From Candidatus Kaiserbacteria bacterium (GTDB lineage: Bacteria > Patescibacteriota > Minisyncoccia > Phycocordibacterales > UBA2100), in the NCBI GenBank assembly GCA_016214605.1, contig JACROD010000017.1, positions 1,183-65,182 on the forward strand: a DNA stretch of 64,000 nt, given 5' to 3'. Positions within the stretch are counted from its first letter, which is position 1. The number at the start of each line of letters is the position of its first letter. The notes beneath the pieces were generated by a model, which worked only from the letters and a program-made list of their open reading frames with translations, made no database searches and was not told where the DNA came from. The translations under genes were made by a program, and so were the position numbers. Positions 22,086-32,710 of this stretch are shown in pieces.

Positions 22086-23729
22086 ATGGAAAATATCCCA
22101 AGGCAATGGCTCGAGGCGATTGCACAAAACGCGGCGACAGCCGTGATCATCCTTGATAAGCAGCGGATCATACGATACGCCAACGATGCCGCAGTGCGCA
22201 TGGCGGAGCGCAGCGGTAAGAGCAATAGTGATCTGATCGGCACATGCTACGACGATATCCTCAAGCTGAGCGTCGTCCGGAATGAGAAGGGGGACAGAGC
22301 TGATCCTGCATCGTTTCCCACTCATCTGGCTCTTGAGCAGGGTATCGAGACCAACCAAAAACTCTTCGAGCAAGTCTATGCGCTCCGGCACTACTGGCTC
22401 AGTATTTCATGCATTCCTCTTTTCAATGAGCACGGAGCGGTCGAGTATGCGGTGGCGTATTTCCGCGACATCTCGGAGGAAAAACTGCACGCAGATCAAT
22501 TGGCATTCCTCGTCGCCTCGTCGAAGATAACGTCCGTCCAAAGCGACGCGGAAATACTTCTCATGGAAAATGTCCGATTGATCACGCCTTCGCTCGCGGA
22601 TTGGTGTGCTATCGACGTGATCAATCCCATGGGCCAGTTCATTCGGCTGCCCGTAGCGGGTGCGAACGAGCCGCATGCAGTATCGGGGCCGATCGACGGC
22701 ATATCATGGGAACCGGAGAACACGACTTGCATGGGTACGGTCCTCACGAGCGGTACATCAGAGCTGTATTCCGTGTTGCGGCAAAAAGAAAAATTCCGGG
22801 AAGTGGTGCCACAGCAATGCCTGCATCTCGTGCATGGCTTGGAAGCGAGCTCTCTGATAGTCATTCCGATCAAGATGCGCGGGAATATCGTCGGGGCGCT
22901 CTCGCTTGCATATACCACTTCGGGCCGTCACTATACGCAGGAGGACCTTGTCTTTATGGAAGATTTTTGCCATCATCTCGGTCTCATCATCGAAAATGTT
23001 CGTCTCTATCACGAACTTGAAAAAGCCGGCCAAGAGAAGGACGTGTTTCTCGCGGCTCTATCGCATGAATTGCGCAACCCTCTCGCGCCGATCAAGAGTT
23101 CGATCGAGCTTCTGAAGATGAAACAGTCCGAAAAAGAGAGTATCGAAGAACTGTCCATCATCGAACATCAATTCGACCATATCACCAAGCTGGTAAACGA
23201 TCTCTTAGACGCGAGCCGGTACTCGTTCGGGAAGATCCATTTGGATCATGAGCGTATATCGCTCAATGAAGTGATTAAGCAGGTGATCATGTCCAACCAG
23301 GGACTGCTCGATAAACAGCGCCTGCATTTGGACGTCTCGTTGCCCCCGGAGGATATCATGCTGTATGCGGATTGGACGCGGATCGAACAAGCGTTGACGA
23401 ACATTCTGCACAATGCCGAGAAATTCACGCCGGAAGGCGGGAGCATTGTTATCAATGCGCATAAAGAAGGCGAGAACGCAGTCATAACCATTGCCGATAC
23501 GGGTATCGGCATAGAAGCGGGCGAGGCGGCACGTATCTTTGACGGCAGCCTGCGCATGCGGCAGAGTAAGTATCCCAGTAGAGGGCTTGGTATCGGTCTC
23601 CTGCTCGTTCGCGAGATCGTACAGCTTCACGGTGGCCGCATCGAAGCGGCGAGCGAGGGCTTAGGTAAAGGTAGTACCTTTACGATCACGTTGCCGCTCA
23701 CTCAGGGTGGCAAGACTCACCGCGCCTAA
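22086..23729 (+). CDS. PAS-GAF histidine kinase
   Basis: PAS (YANDAA...FRDISE), GAF (LADWCAID...IENVRLY), HELRNPL, N/G boxes. Confidence 0.9.
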   Translation: MENIPRQWLEAIAQNAATAVIILDKQRIIRYANDAAVRMAERSGKSNSDLIGTCYDDILKLSVVRNEKGDRADPASFPTHLALEQGIETNQKLFEQVYALRHYWLSISCIPLFNEHGAVEYAVAYFRDISEEKLHADQLAFLVASSKITSVQSDAEILLMENVRLITPSLADWCAIDVINPMGQFIRLPVAGANEPHAVSGPIDGISWEPENTTCMGTVLTSGTSELYSVLRQKEKFREVVPQQCLHLVHGLEASSLIVIPIKMRGNIVGALSLAYTTSGRHYTQEDLVFMEDFCHHLGLIIENVRLYHELEKAGQEKDVFLAALSHELRNPLAPIKSSIELLKMKQSEKESIEELSIIEHQFDHITKLVNDLLDASRYSFGKIHLDHERISLNEVIKQVIMSNQGLLDKQRLHLDVSLPPEDIMLYADWTRIEQALTNILHNAEKFTPEGGSIVINAHKEGENAVITIADTGIGIEAGEAARIFDGSLRMRQSKYPSRGLGIGLLLVREIVQLHGGRIEAASEGLGKGSTFTITLPLTQGGKTHRA

Positions 23730-23840
23730 TGCCGCCAAGCGTGCATACGGTGGTGACCCCAGGATATCGCCTTACGACCCCGCTTCCTAGAATGTCCATT
23801 TTCATATACATCTCATGACGTGAGGCGCATTATCGTATGT

Positions 23841-25364
23841 ATGCGCCGTATACTCATGCTCGAGGACTCTGCGACCGATGCGGAGCTTATAGAGCGCAAA
23901 CTCAGCGAATCCGGTCTGGTCTTTACGGGGCGACGCGTATCTTCGAAGTCCGGGTTTCTCCAAGCAATCAAAGATAAGGATGAAGCGCCCGACATCATAC
24001 TCGCCGACTACACGCTCCCGTCTTTTCTTGGCAGCGAGGCGCTTGCGTTTGCCAAAGAATATTGTCCGGACACACCGTTCATATTCGTGACGGGTACGAT
24101 GGGCGAGGAGAGGGCTATTGAGGCGCTCAAGAGCGGGGCGACCGATTACGTGCTCAAAGAGCGGCTCTTCCGGCTACCCGGTGTCGTTAATCGCGCCTTG
24201 GAAGAAGTGCAAGAGCGCAAGCGTCTCAAGCTGGTAGAGGCGCGAGAAAAGGAGGCTGAGCATGAGATCTTCGAGGCGAATCGTGCAAAAGACGATTTTT
24301 TGGCGCTGCTCTCGCATGAGCTTCGCAATCCTCTGGTGCCGCTTCTGATCAATGCCGAACAGATAGCAGGAGAGACGGAGGATCCGGCGACTCAAGAGCG
24401 TGCGCAAGCGATCTATCGGCAGGCTTACCACATGTCCAAACTTTTGGACGATCTCCTGGACGTCACGCGCATCACGCAAGGCAAGATCACACTCAAGAAA
24501 CAGCCCGTCAATCTCAAACGGATCGTTGAAGAGGCGGTCGAGATGGTCCGGCCGCTTGCTGATGAACGGGAACATACAATCGTCGCGGAGCACGTCGAGG
24601 CGCTTCGCCTCAATGCCGATCCGGTACGGCTCGAACAGATTTTGGTGAATCTCTTGAATAATGCCGTCAAGTACACGGACAAAGGAGGTCTGATCGAGAT
24701 CATGGCACATCGGGAGGATGACAATGTGGTCATCACGGTCAAAGATACCGGGGTCGGCATCACTCTCGATCTGCTTCCGCGCGTTTTCGACCTTTTTGTC
24801 CGCGGCGGGCATTCGCTTGCGCGCACATCAAGCGGACTCGGCATCGGTCTCACGCTGGTCAAAAGACTGGTCGAACTGCACGGAGGTGTGGTCTATGCGA
24901 CAAGCGAAGGTCCCAACCGCGGAAGTACATTCTCGGTTCGTTTACCCATTGGAAATGAAGAGAGAGATGTCGCGCATAAGAGCCGTTCGTTGTCGCGGAA
25001 TGCCGCGCAGGGGACACCCCATCGGAATGTACTCGTCGTGGACGACAATCGTGATCTGACCGATGCCCTCGGGTCGGCCTTGCGCGCCGCCGGACATACG
25101 GTGCATGTGGCGTATGACGGCAAAGAGGCGATACGCATCGCTGAGAAGACGCAACCGCAAGTCGTTTTGCTTGATATCGGATTGCCGGACATGGACGGGC
25201 TCTCGGTCGCACGGACGCTCCGTCGGCAATTCGGACGTTCGATGGAACTTATTGCATTGAGCGGGTACGGACAGGAGAAGGATAAACAGAAGGCTTACAA
25301 GGCAGGATTTGACCGCTATATCGTCAAACCGATCGGGGTCAAGGAATTGCAGGAGATCGTGTAA
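23841..25364 (+). CDS. REC-HisKA-HATPase-REC hybrid kinase
   Basis: N-terminal LMLEDS...GATDYVLK, HELRNPL, C-terminal VVDD...LLDIGLP. Confidence 0.92.
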   Translation: MRRILMLEDSATDAELIERKLSESGLVFTGRRVSSKSGFLQAIKDKDEAPDIILADYTLPSFLGSEALAFAKEYCPDTPFIFVTGTMGEERAIEALKSGATDYVLKERLFRLPGVVNRALEEVQERKRLKLVEAREKEAEHEIFEANRAKDDFLALLSHELRNPLVPLLINAEQIAGETEDPATQERAQAIYRQAYHMSKLLDDLLDVTRITQGKITLKKQPVNLKRIVEEAVEMVRPLADEREHTIVAEHVEALRLNADPVRLEQILVNLLNNAVKYTDKGGLIEIMAHREDDNVVITVKDTGVGITLDLLPRVFDLFVRGGHSLARTSSGLGIGLTLVKRLVELHGGVVYATSEGPNRGSTFSVRLPIGNEERDVAHKSRSLSRNAAQGTPHRNVLVVDDNRDLTDALGSALRAAGHTVHVAYDGKEAIRIAEKTQPQVVLLDIGLPDMDGLSVARTLRRQFGRSMELIALSGYGQEKDKQKAYKAGFDRYIVKPIGVKELQEIV

Positions 25365-25406
25365 GTAACACTAAAGACCATAAAACAAAGAACATATACG
25401 ATACCT

Positions 25407-26339
25407 ATGAAAAACTTTCTGACTATGTGGAGAAACGACAGGCGTGCGGCGATCCTCTACGGTATTGTCGCGGTATTGTCGATGGCGTATCTGATAGTGC
25501 TCTTTTTTGAGCCGGTTCCTGTCGGCCCGCAAGCGTTTGGACTCAGCCTCATGGCACGGGTACTGCTCCAGATCACGGTCGCGGCACCGATCGTATTGAT
25601 CTGGTTTGTGGGCATCGCATCGATCGCGGGAAGTCTGCGTCACGCCGGTGGCGTCATCGATCCCGCGCTCAAGACGCGCTATCGGATGCTTGGGCTCGCA
25701 CTCGGCTTTTTGGTCGGCGGATTGATCATGGGGACGCTCATCGGAAGCGTACAATCATATTTCCCGGGCGTCGCTGGTATCCAGCGCATGAGCACGATCC
25801 TGGCGAACTATATGTACGTCTTTCCTCCGCTCGCCGGCTTCCTCTCTCTGTATCAAAGCGCGCGCGCTGGCAACGGCAAAAGACCGTTCGATCAAAACAG
25901 CGTGGTCGCGGGACTGCTCGCGGTCATCGTGGGAGTGCTGTGGACCGGCATTATCTTCACCAACACAGGGAGGCAGACATCCTCGATCCCCGGCATCCAG
26001 CCGAGCTTCTTTCTCAGTGATGCGGCTATCATCGTAAGTATCGTTATCCCGACCGTTGTATCGTGGTTCTTTGGGATCTTGGCGGCGCTCGTGTTCTCGG
26101 ATATTTCCATCAGCACGACCAATCGCGATCACGCACTTTCGAGGCTCGTGTCGGGCATCTGGTTCCTCATCTTCAGCTACATTATCATCCTTGGACTGCT
26201 CTCCGCGGGCGGGGAGCGACTGCTTCGCTTAGGGTTGTGGGGCGTATTGATCGTGATCTACCTCTTTCTGCTCGTCCTTCTCGCTGCACATTGGCGCATT
26301 GCATCGGCCGTCCATCGATTGACCGATAAAGACATATGA
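25407..26339 (+). CDS. Multi-pass membrane protein (possible sensor partner)
   Basis: About 8 hydrophobic segments; ATGA overlap with the downstream kinase. Confidence 0.7.
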   Translation: MKNFLTMWRNDRRAAILYGIVAVLSMAYLIVLFFEPVPVGPQAFGLSLMARVLLQITVAAPIVLIWFVGIASIAGSLRHAGGVIDPALKTRYRMLGLALGFLVGGLIMGTLIGSVQSYFPGVAGIQRMSTILANYMYVFPPLAGFLSLYQSARAGNGKRPFDQNSVVAGLLAVIVGVLWTGIIFTNTGRQTSSIPGIQPSFFLSDAAIIVSIVIPTVVSWFFGILAALVFSDISISTTNRDHALSRLVSGIWFLIFSYIIILGLLSAGGERLLRLGLWGVLIVIYLFLLVLLAAHWRIASAVHRLTDKDI

Positions 26340-27424
26340 ATATCGCCAATAAAACGATTTTGATCCTGATCGCGTTTGCGCTTGTGCCGCTCGCTCTGGC
26401 TGCCGCATTCATGTATACGACGGGAAATGAATGTTTCCGCGAGCAAACGTACCAGAGCTCTTTTCTGCTATTCTCTTTCATGGTCGCTCTTGCGAGTATT
26501 TTCTTCGGACTCCTCGCTGCAAAGGCGCTCACCGATCCATTGCGCCTGCTTGCGGCGGCCGTCGCCGACTTTGCTGCACATCCCGATCAGTCTCTATCGG
26601 CGCCTGTGATCGCGCCGGACGGACATGACGAAGTGGGTGCCTTGCGCGATGAATTCCATATCATGTCCGAAAAGATCCGACATTATCACGAAGACCTCGA
26701 AGACGAGGTAAAGAAGCGGACTGCGGAACTCGAAGCCTTCAGCTATTCGGTGTCGCACGATCTGCGCGCACCACTGCGGGCCATGGACGGGTTCGTAAAG
26801 ATGCTCGATGAAGATTACGGCAAAGATTTTGACGAAGAGGGGAAGCGCATCATCGCGGTCATCCAAACCAACGCCAAGCAGATGGGCAAGCTCATCGATG
26901 ATCTACTCTCGTTCTCGCGGCTCGGGCGGCAAGACGTCACCAAGACGCGCATCTCGATGAAGCCGTTGGTGCAGAGCGTCTACATCGAGATGCAGCGATC
27001 TGATCCCGGTCATGTGACGGATATCACTATAACGGAGATGCCCGATGCGTTTGCCGATCCCAATATGATACGGCTCGTGTGGACGAACCTGCTCTCCAAT
27101 GCGATGAAATTCTCGCATATGCGGGAAAAGGCGCATATCGAGATCGGCGGCACAGAAGAGGCTGACACGGGCACGGTGTCTTATTTCGTCAAGGACAACG
27201 GCGTCGGTTTCGACATGAAGTACGTCGATAAACTGTTTAATGTGTTCCAACGGCTCCATCCGGCATCGGAATTCGAAGGTACCGGCATAGGACTCGCCAA
27301 TGTCCGGCGCATCGTCGAGCGTCACGGCGGATCCGTGCGTGCCCGAGGCGAGGTCGATAAAGGTGCCACCTTTTATTTCACACTTCCCTCACCGAAGGAA
27401 GCGGATATGAGCGAGTATGATTAA
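26336..27424 (+). CDS. HAMP histidine kinase
   Basis: 2 TM, HAMP (DEVGAL), [26 protein letters not shown]. Confidence 0.92.
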   Translation: MNIANKTILILIAFALVPLALAAAFMYTTGNECFREQTYQSSFLLFSFMVALASIFFGLLAAKALTDPLRLLAAAVADFAAHPDQSLSAPVIAPDGHDEVGALRDEFHIMSEKIRHYHEDLEDEVKKRTAELEAFSYSVSHDLRAPLRAMDGFVKMLDEDYGKDFDEEGKRIIAVIQTNAKQMGKLIDDLLSFSRLGRQDVTKTRISMKPLVQSVYIEMQRSDPGHVTDITITEMPDAFADPNMIRLVWTNLLSNAMKFSHMREKAHIEIGGTEEADTGTVSYFVKDNGVGFDMKYVDKLFNVFQRLHPASEFEGTGIGLANVRRIVERHGGSVRARGEVDKGATFYFTLPSPKEADMSEYD

Positions 27425-27872
27425 TGATACCAATTACAACGCAGTAGATATCTTGCTCGTCGAGGATAATCAGAACGACAGCGAGCTCACCTTGCGCGCC
27501 CTGCGCAAGCACAACCTCGCCAATCACATCCACACCGTCGAAGACGGCGAGGCGGCGCTCGAATTCATCTTTTGCACCGGACGATATGCGAGTCGAGACA
27601 TCGTCATTCCGCCCAAGGTCATTTTGCTCGACCTCAAGTTGCCAAAAGTGAACGGGCTTGAGGTATTGAAAAAGATCAAATCCGATGAGCGGACGAAGTC
27701 TATTCCTGTGGTCATCCTCACTTCATCCGCAGAAACGAGCGATCTTGAAAGTGCATATCTGCTGGGGGTCAATAGTTACCTCGTCAAGCCAGTCGATTTT
27801 GAGAAGTTTATACGCGTCCTCGGCGATGCGGGACTATATTGGTTGTTGATTAATAGATCTCTGCGACTTTGA
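27417..27872 (+). CDS. Single-domain response regulator (Rcp-like)
   Basis: [25 protein letters not shown]. Confidence 0.92.
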   Translation: MINDTNYNAVDILLVEDNQNDSELTLRALRKHNLANHIHTVEDGEAALEFIFCTGRYASRDIVIPPKVILLDLKLPKVNGLEVLKKIKSDERTKSIPVVILTSSAETSDLESAYLLGVNSYLVKPVDFEKFIRVLGDAGLYWLLINRSLRL

Positions 27873-28049
27873 ATAGAGAGTGTGGTGCCGGTAGAACGAC
27901 CGTCATCATTGCATCCTCTTTCCGAAGATGTGTCCTCACATTATTCTCATGTTCTTTTGATAAAAATAAGCTTGGTGCAACAAGGCGCGTGCGGCATGCC
28001 TTCGCGCACCATTGATCATGAGACGCCAAAGGAAGGAGAGGATACAACC

Positions 28050-28316
28050 ATGGAGATATTCAATGCCGATACCTTCAGACACCTCACATGCACGATCGAT
28101 CCGTTTGTCCGCGGATGGGAGACCGAGGACAGCATGAAAAAAATCGATCAGGAGACCATCCATGAATGCGTCCAAAAGGCGGAGCGGCTCGTCATGGAAG
28201 GATCCTCTCTTGAGGATTTTTTCCGCGAGACGGACAAGACGTTGTTGTTGGAAGTCCAGGAATTTTGGCGCGACAAGTGGATCCAACATAGTTTTGCGGA
28301 ACGAGGATTTGCTTAA
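28050..28316 (+). CDS. Hypothetical protein
   Basis: SD AAGGAGAGG before ATG 28050. Confidence 0.5.
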   Translation: MEIFNADTFRHLTCTIDPFVRGWETEDSMKKIDQETIHECVQKAERLVMEGSSLEDFFRETDKTLLLEVQEFWRDKWIQHSFAERGFA

Positions 28317-28552
28317 GCGGGATCAGCGGCATATGCCGCGGAATGTTGTTCTTTGAACTTTGGCGGCCGCGTTTCACGCGGCCGCTTCCTTTGATACCGT
28401 CTCGTGGACTGAAGCGCAGGTGAAGACATGTGACGTATGGGTTCATGCAAACTTTTACCTCCCGCGTGTATCTTGATGGTATGTGAAGGCCGAGACTTCG
28501 CATACGCTTGTTTGCAGAGTCGAGCATTATTAAAACAATAAAACAACTATCT

Positions 28553-28714
28553 ATGTGGCAAGATTGGACAAATGCGATCTTGGGTCTCTTGATAATCGGA
28601 ATTGCTTTTCTCGGATTACAGGGTTCCCAATCGACGTGGACGTTCGCAGCCATCGGTCTGCTCGTCGCTGTGATCGGTTTTTGGGGAGTCAGCGAGCAAG
28701 GCAAACAGCAATAA
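28553..28714 (+). CDS. Small two-TM protein (SPW-repeat-like)
   Basis: MWQDWTNAILGLL... Confidence 0.6.
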   Translation: MWQDWTNAILGLLIIGIAFLGLQGSQSTWTFAAIGLLVAVIGFWGVSEQGKQQ

Positions 28715-28827
28715 GCGAGTATTCGTTTTTGCGTCGTGCACTGTACTCGGCAGAGCACCACATTGCTGCGTTTGGCAATTTCCGACGAAGAAGCGCATCG
28801 GTGCTTGATTCCCCGTAACGCACCACC

Positions 28828-28861
28828 AAGATCAAGACCACCGAAAGGTGGTCTTGATCTT
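28828..28861. terminator. Hairpin downstream of tRNA-fMet
   Basis: 15-bp stem aagatcaagaccacc-gaaa-ggtggtcttgatctt. Confidence 0.7.
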
Positions 28862-28867
28862 TGCTTG

Positions 28868-28939
28868 TTGCGGGGGCGGGAATTGCACCCGCGACCTCAA
28901 GGTTATGAGCCTTGCGAGCTACTACTGCTCCACCCCGCG
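28868..28939 (-). tRNA. tRNA-Met(CAT), initiator type
   Basis: CGCGGGG/CCCCGCA acceptor with C1:A72 mismatch, anticodon loop CTCATAA; CCA not encoded. Confidence 0.9.
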
Positions 28940-29006
28940 ATACCCTCAGAAGATACCACAATCTTTCATATTTCTCCACTAGCGTCTTTTATTGGAAGCC
29001 GAGAAT

Positions 29007-29140
29007 AACCCCGCAGCTTGCTGCGGGGTTGAGAGGCTAATAGATTTGAAGCGGCGGCGGCCGCTACACCTTCCAAAAAAACAGCCTGGTGTCGCCCGCG
29101 CAATACCTCGCAGCTTGCTGCGAGGATGCGACGGGCGACC
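29007..29140. repeat. Pair of REP/IS200-605-like hairpins
   Basis: ccccgcag-cttg-ctgcgggg (29009-29028) and cctcgcag-cttg-ctgcgagg (29106-29125). Confidence 0.65.
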
Positions 29141-29144
29141 TGTT

Positions 29145-29483
29145 TTATTGGTATATGACCGCGCCGATGGCGACGGTGGTATTGACCATGATCCAACCGA
29201 TGTAGGTGATTTTGATCACCGTGTTTTTATGCACGAAGCCATAGATGATAAAGGGAATGTCAAGTGTCGCGAATGCTGTCCAGGAGAACACTGACACGCT
29301 GCCAGCGCTGTGGAAGTAGTAAATCTCCCAGATTTGCGGGATGGTCATAATAGGTCCGATGATCCCTGCGGCGATTGCCGTTATGTCGAGGAATCTGATC
29401 CATGGATGCGGAGAAGGGTAGGGATCAAGCGCTTTGCTGGCGCGTTTACGCCGATTGATATGGTGCAGAACACCTCCTTTCAT
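29145..29483 (-). CDS. SemiSWEET/PQ-loop transporter
   Basis: 3 TM, IPQIWEIY...SVS. Confidence 0.75.
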   Translation of the reverse strand: MKGGVLHHINRRKRASKALDPYPSPHPWIRFLDITAIAAGIIGPIMTIPQIWEIYYFHSAGSVSVFSWTAFATLDIPFIIYGFVHKNTVIKITYIGWIMVNTTVAIGAVIYQ

Positions 29484-29599
29484 GAATGAATTGTATCATT
29501 ACCACACGAAGATTGACGGGTGTTGACGTATGGTAGACGTACTTGACAATGTATGGTACATTATCTGCAGTCTCAACGAGAAAGAGAAGGAGTATTGGT

Positions 29600-30508
29600 A
29601 TGTGTGTCCAGAATGCTGTCTTTAACGAGAAGACACAACTTGAATTTGTGATCTTTAGCCGCGCGTTTGGATGCAAAGATCGCGCAGCGTGGCAAGGGGT
29701 GACACAGGAGGCATTGGATCGGCGGACAGCGTGGATCATGGAGCGGGTTGTGTCTGAAGACATCAGCGAGCACATGAACAAAGTGTATGAAAGGACGGCG
29801 GAGCAATGCGCGGCAAATCAAGCGCATCAATTCGTTATCCCAGAACTTTTCGAGTTTGTTTCGCTGTTCAATGATGGAGAACTGGTACTCGACATGGGAT
29901 GCGGCAATGGGCGTGACGCGTTCTTCATGTGTTCGTCCGATCAAGCTTATCGCGCGAGCGTTATGCGGAGTACTGTCGATCCGTCAACGATGCCGACACA
30001 GGCACTGCGTGTCAAAGCGATTGACGCGTCCGCACACATGATCAAAATCGCCGAGAGAGTCGCGAAAAGGGTGGATGCGAGCGGGGCGGTCAGATTACGA
30101 TACCCGCCGATCTTCAAACAGGCGGATATGCACGATATGAGCGGGTGGGCGAGACTCCAGCAGGGCTGGTTCGCAGGCGTCTGGTCGTGTGCATCGTTTC
30201 TGACACATACGCCGCGGCAGTGGATTGAGCCGACACTTAGACAGATCGCATGTCTCTTGAAGAGAGGAGGCATCTTCGCAGTGAGCTACACGCAGCGACA
30301 AAGGGACGGTGGATACGACCATCTCAAAATCTCCTCTACCGGAGAGATCAATTACTTTTCACATCCGGATCCGAGCGAGATATGCAAGCTCGCGGCCAAG
30401 TGCGGCCTCTTGCCGATCAGGCCTCCACGGACGAGTGACTATGTCGGTGCAGGCGGCGACGTGGTGCAAGACCTCTTCGTTACGCAATTCTTCCGCAAGG
30501 AAATGTGA
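29600..30508 (+). CDS. Class I SAM-dependent methyltransferase
   Basis: VLDMGCGNGRD, AIDAS, ADM, LKRGG. Confidence 0.85.
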   Translation: MCVQNAVFNEKTQLEFVIFSRAFGCKDRAAWQGVTQEALDRRTAWIMERVVSEDISEHMNKVYERTAEQCAANQAHQFVIPELFEFVSLFNDGELVLDMGCGNGRDAFFMCSSDQAYRASVMRSTVDPSTMPTQALRVKAIDASAHMIKIAERVAKRVDASGAVRLRYPPIFKQADMHDMSGWARLQQGWFAGVWSCASFLTHTPRQWIEPTLRQIACLLKRGGIFAVSYTQRQRDGGYDHLKISSTGEINYFSHPDPSEICKLAAKCGLLPIRPPRTSDYVGAGGDVVQDLFVTQFFRKEM

Positions 30509-30760
30509 ATACGATAAGGCCGCGACCCATGTAGGGTCGCGGCCAATCTTTTTACTATTCGAATTCGGCCCCAAGGAACTACGGCACCGTGATGAGACCA
30601 ATTTTTCTTAGCGGTAGCCGCTTTAGAAAAATGGCCATGCCCTTGTGGTTCAGAATCCAGCAGGATTCTGCCTTTTTGTCCAAATTGACAATCAGACGAG
30701 AATCACTAGTATGCGAACAGGTCAGATCTTTGATTCCATCACAACAGAAAGGTGGCTCCC

Positions 30761-31876
30761 ATGACTCCCCAAAAACGCCCGTTCAGTTCCGGTCCGACTG
30801 GCACGCCGGTGACGGAAAGTATCATCCAATCAATCCGCGATTTTAGGGGTACCGGCATCTCAGTTCTGGATTTTCCACACCGCGAGGAGCTCATTCTCGA
30901 CAGGATGAAGGCATTCGACAGTCTCATGCGGCGGATCGTCGGCATATCCGACGAGTACGCGATCATTCCGTTTTCGTGCGGTTGTAGCGATCATTTCAAT
31001 CTCTGGATTACCAACGTTTTGAGAGTCGGAGCACGGCCGCGCAAGATCGCCTATTTGCGCTCGGGTTTTTGGAGCGATAAGGCGCTCGCAGAGGCGCAGC
31101 GCCTCGAAAAGGTTGGCGAATGTGAAGTCTCCGTTATCGAGCATGCAGACCCACAGTTTCGTTCCTTGCCGGACATGTCCTATCTGCAAATGCGTCGGCC
31201 GCTCGATGCGGACTTTCTCTACGTGGTGGCGAATGAAACGACGCAAGGCGTACGGCTTCCATATGAGACGATCACATCAAACCTTCCGTTCCATGTCGTC
31301 GCGGACTTCAGTTCGTGTTTTCTGGAAGGGCCGCTCGACGTCAGTAAGTACGGGATTATTTTTCTCGGCGCCCAAAAGGGTCTTGGGCCGGCTGGTCTTT
31401 CCATCGTTATCATCCGTCGGGATCTCATCGGCCAGAAGGACAATCCGCACGTTCCACTGTCGAAATCGTACGCCGTTCAAGCGAAGGAAGGGGGGCTGTA
31501 CAATACTCCCAACTTTCTTGCTATCGAGAGCGTGTGTCTGATGCTCGAATGGATCGAAAAACATGGCGGACTCACTGCCATGGAAGCTCAGAGCAAGGAG
31601 CGTGCCGCATACGTGTATGGCGCGATCGGCGCTAGTAAGCGTTTCTATGCTCCTGTCGTGGAAGCGGCGCGCAGTAGGACAAATCCAGTCTTTTGTCCTT
31701 ATGAGCTGATCCACTTTGAGCAATTCCTCTCGTTTTGTAAGGAGCGGGGGATCGAGTTCGTCAAAGGACACCGAAGCGCAGGAAACTCGCTTCGCCTCGG
31801 TTTGTTCAACGGCAAACCCATGGAAAGCGTATATGCGTTTGGTAAGACGCTTGAAGAATTCGAGCGGACCGCGTGA
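30761..31876 (+). CDS. serC: Phosphoserine aminotransferase (divergent)
   Basis: FSSGP, NETTQG, ADFSS, GAQKGLGPAG (PLP lysine), YNTP, KGHRS. Confidence 0.9.
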   Translation: MTPQKRPFSSGPTGTPVTESIIQSIRDFRGTGISVLDFPHREELILDRMKAFDSLMRRIVGISDEYAIIPFSCGCSDHFNLWITNVLRVGARPRKIAYLRSGFWSDKALAEAQRLEKVGECEVSVIEHADPQFRSLPDMSYLQMRRPLDADFLYVVANETTQGVRLPYETITSNLPFHVVADFSSCFLEGPLDVSKYGIIFLGAQKGLGPAGLSIVIIRRDLIGQKDNPHVPLSKSYAVQAKEGGLYNTPNFLAIESVCLMLEWIEKHGGLTAMEAQSKERAAYVYGAIGASKRFYAPVVEAARSRTNPVFCPYELIHFEQFLSFCKERGIEFVKGHRSAGNSLRLGLFNGKPMESVYAFGKTLEEFERTA

Positions 31877-31881
31877 CATCA

Positions 31882-31925
31882 GCCCCGCACCATCTTTCGC
31901 TCAAAAGCGAAAGATGGTGCGGGGC
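31882..31925 (+). terminator. 20-bp perfect hairpin after serC
   Basis: gccccgcaccatctttcgct-caaa-agcgaaagatggtgcggggc followed by a T-run. Confidence 0.75.
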
Positions 31926-31996
31926 CCCTTTTTTCCTGCAAAATAGCAACACACTATTCGTTTGCTTGTTCGGCGTCGCTTTATATAATTCCTCCT

Positions 31997-32710
31997 ATGA
32001 TAGAGGCTCGGGATCTGACCAAAATATACGGCGCACATACGGTGGTCGACGGCATTTCGCTTGCCATCAAAAAAGGCACCATCTTTGGATTCTTGGGTCC
32101 CAACGGAGCCGGCAAGACGACGACCATCAAGATGCTGGTCGGCCTCAACAAGCCGACCAAAGGTACCGTGCGTATCGACGGCAAGGATCCGGCGGAGCAT
32201 CGCATGCGCGAAAACATCGGTTTTATGCCCGAGTCCCCGGTCTTTTATGAGCACCTGACCGGCTACGAATTCCTCAAATTTTGCGGAGATCTCTTTCATG
32301 CGAAGGCCAAGTCGCAAGGTTACTATTTCGATATCCTGAAAAAAGTAGGCCTATCCGAGGCGCGCGACCAAATGATCAAATATTATTCAAAAGGAATGAA
32401 GCAGCGTATGGCGTTTGCGCAGGCGATCGTCAATGATCCCGATTATCTCTTTCTCGATGAACCGCTCGACGGCCTCGATCCGATTGGCAGGCGCGAACTC
32501 AAAAAAATAATCAAATCCCTCAACAAAGAAGGCAAGACGATATTCTTCAATTCACACATTCTCTTCGACACCGAAGAGCTCTGTCACGAGATCGGCATTC
32601 TCAATCGCGGGACTTTGATCTATAGCGGTCCGATCGAAGCATTTACCAAGGGTCGCTCACTCGAAGAGCAGTTCGTGACGAGTATCGAAAAAATATCAAA
32701 ACCACTATGA
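31997..32710 (+). CDS. ABC transporter ATP-binding protein
   Basis: GPNGAGKT, YSKGMKQR, LFLDEP. Confidence 0.95.
   Translation: MIEARDLTKIYGAHTVVDGISLAIKKGTIFGFLGPNGAGKTTTIKMLVGLNKPTKGTVRIDGKDPAEHRMRENIGFMPESPVFYEHLTGYEFLKFCGDLFHAKAKSQGYYFDILKKVGLSEARDQMIKYYSKGMKQRMAFAQAIVNDPDYLFLDEPLDGLDPIGRRELKKIIKSLNKEGKTIFFNSHILFDTEELCHEIGILNRGTLIYSGPIEAFTKGRSLEEQFVTSIEKISKPL

Noticed and set aside
29534-31925. Integron cassette array
   Set aside because: Hairpins are perfect terminator-like stems without RYYYAAC/GTTRRRY attC cores, there is no integrase, and the cassettes are dispersed.
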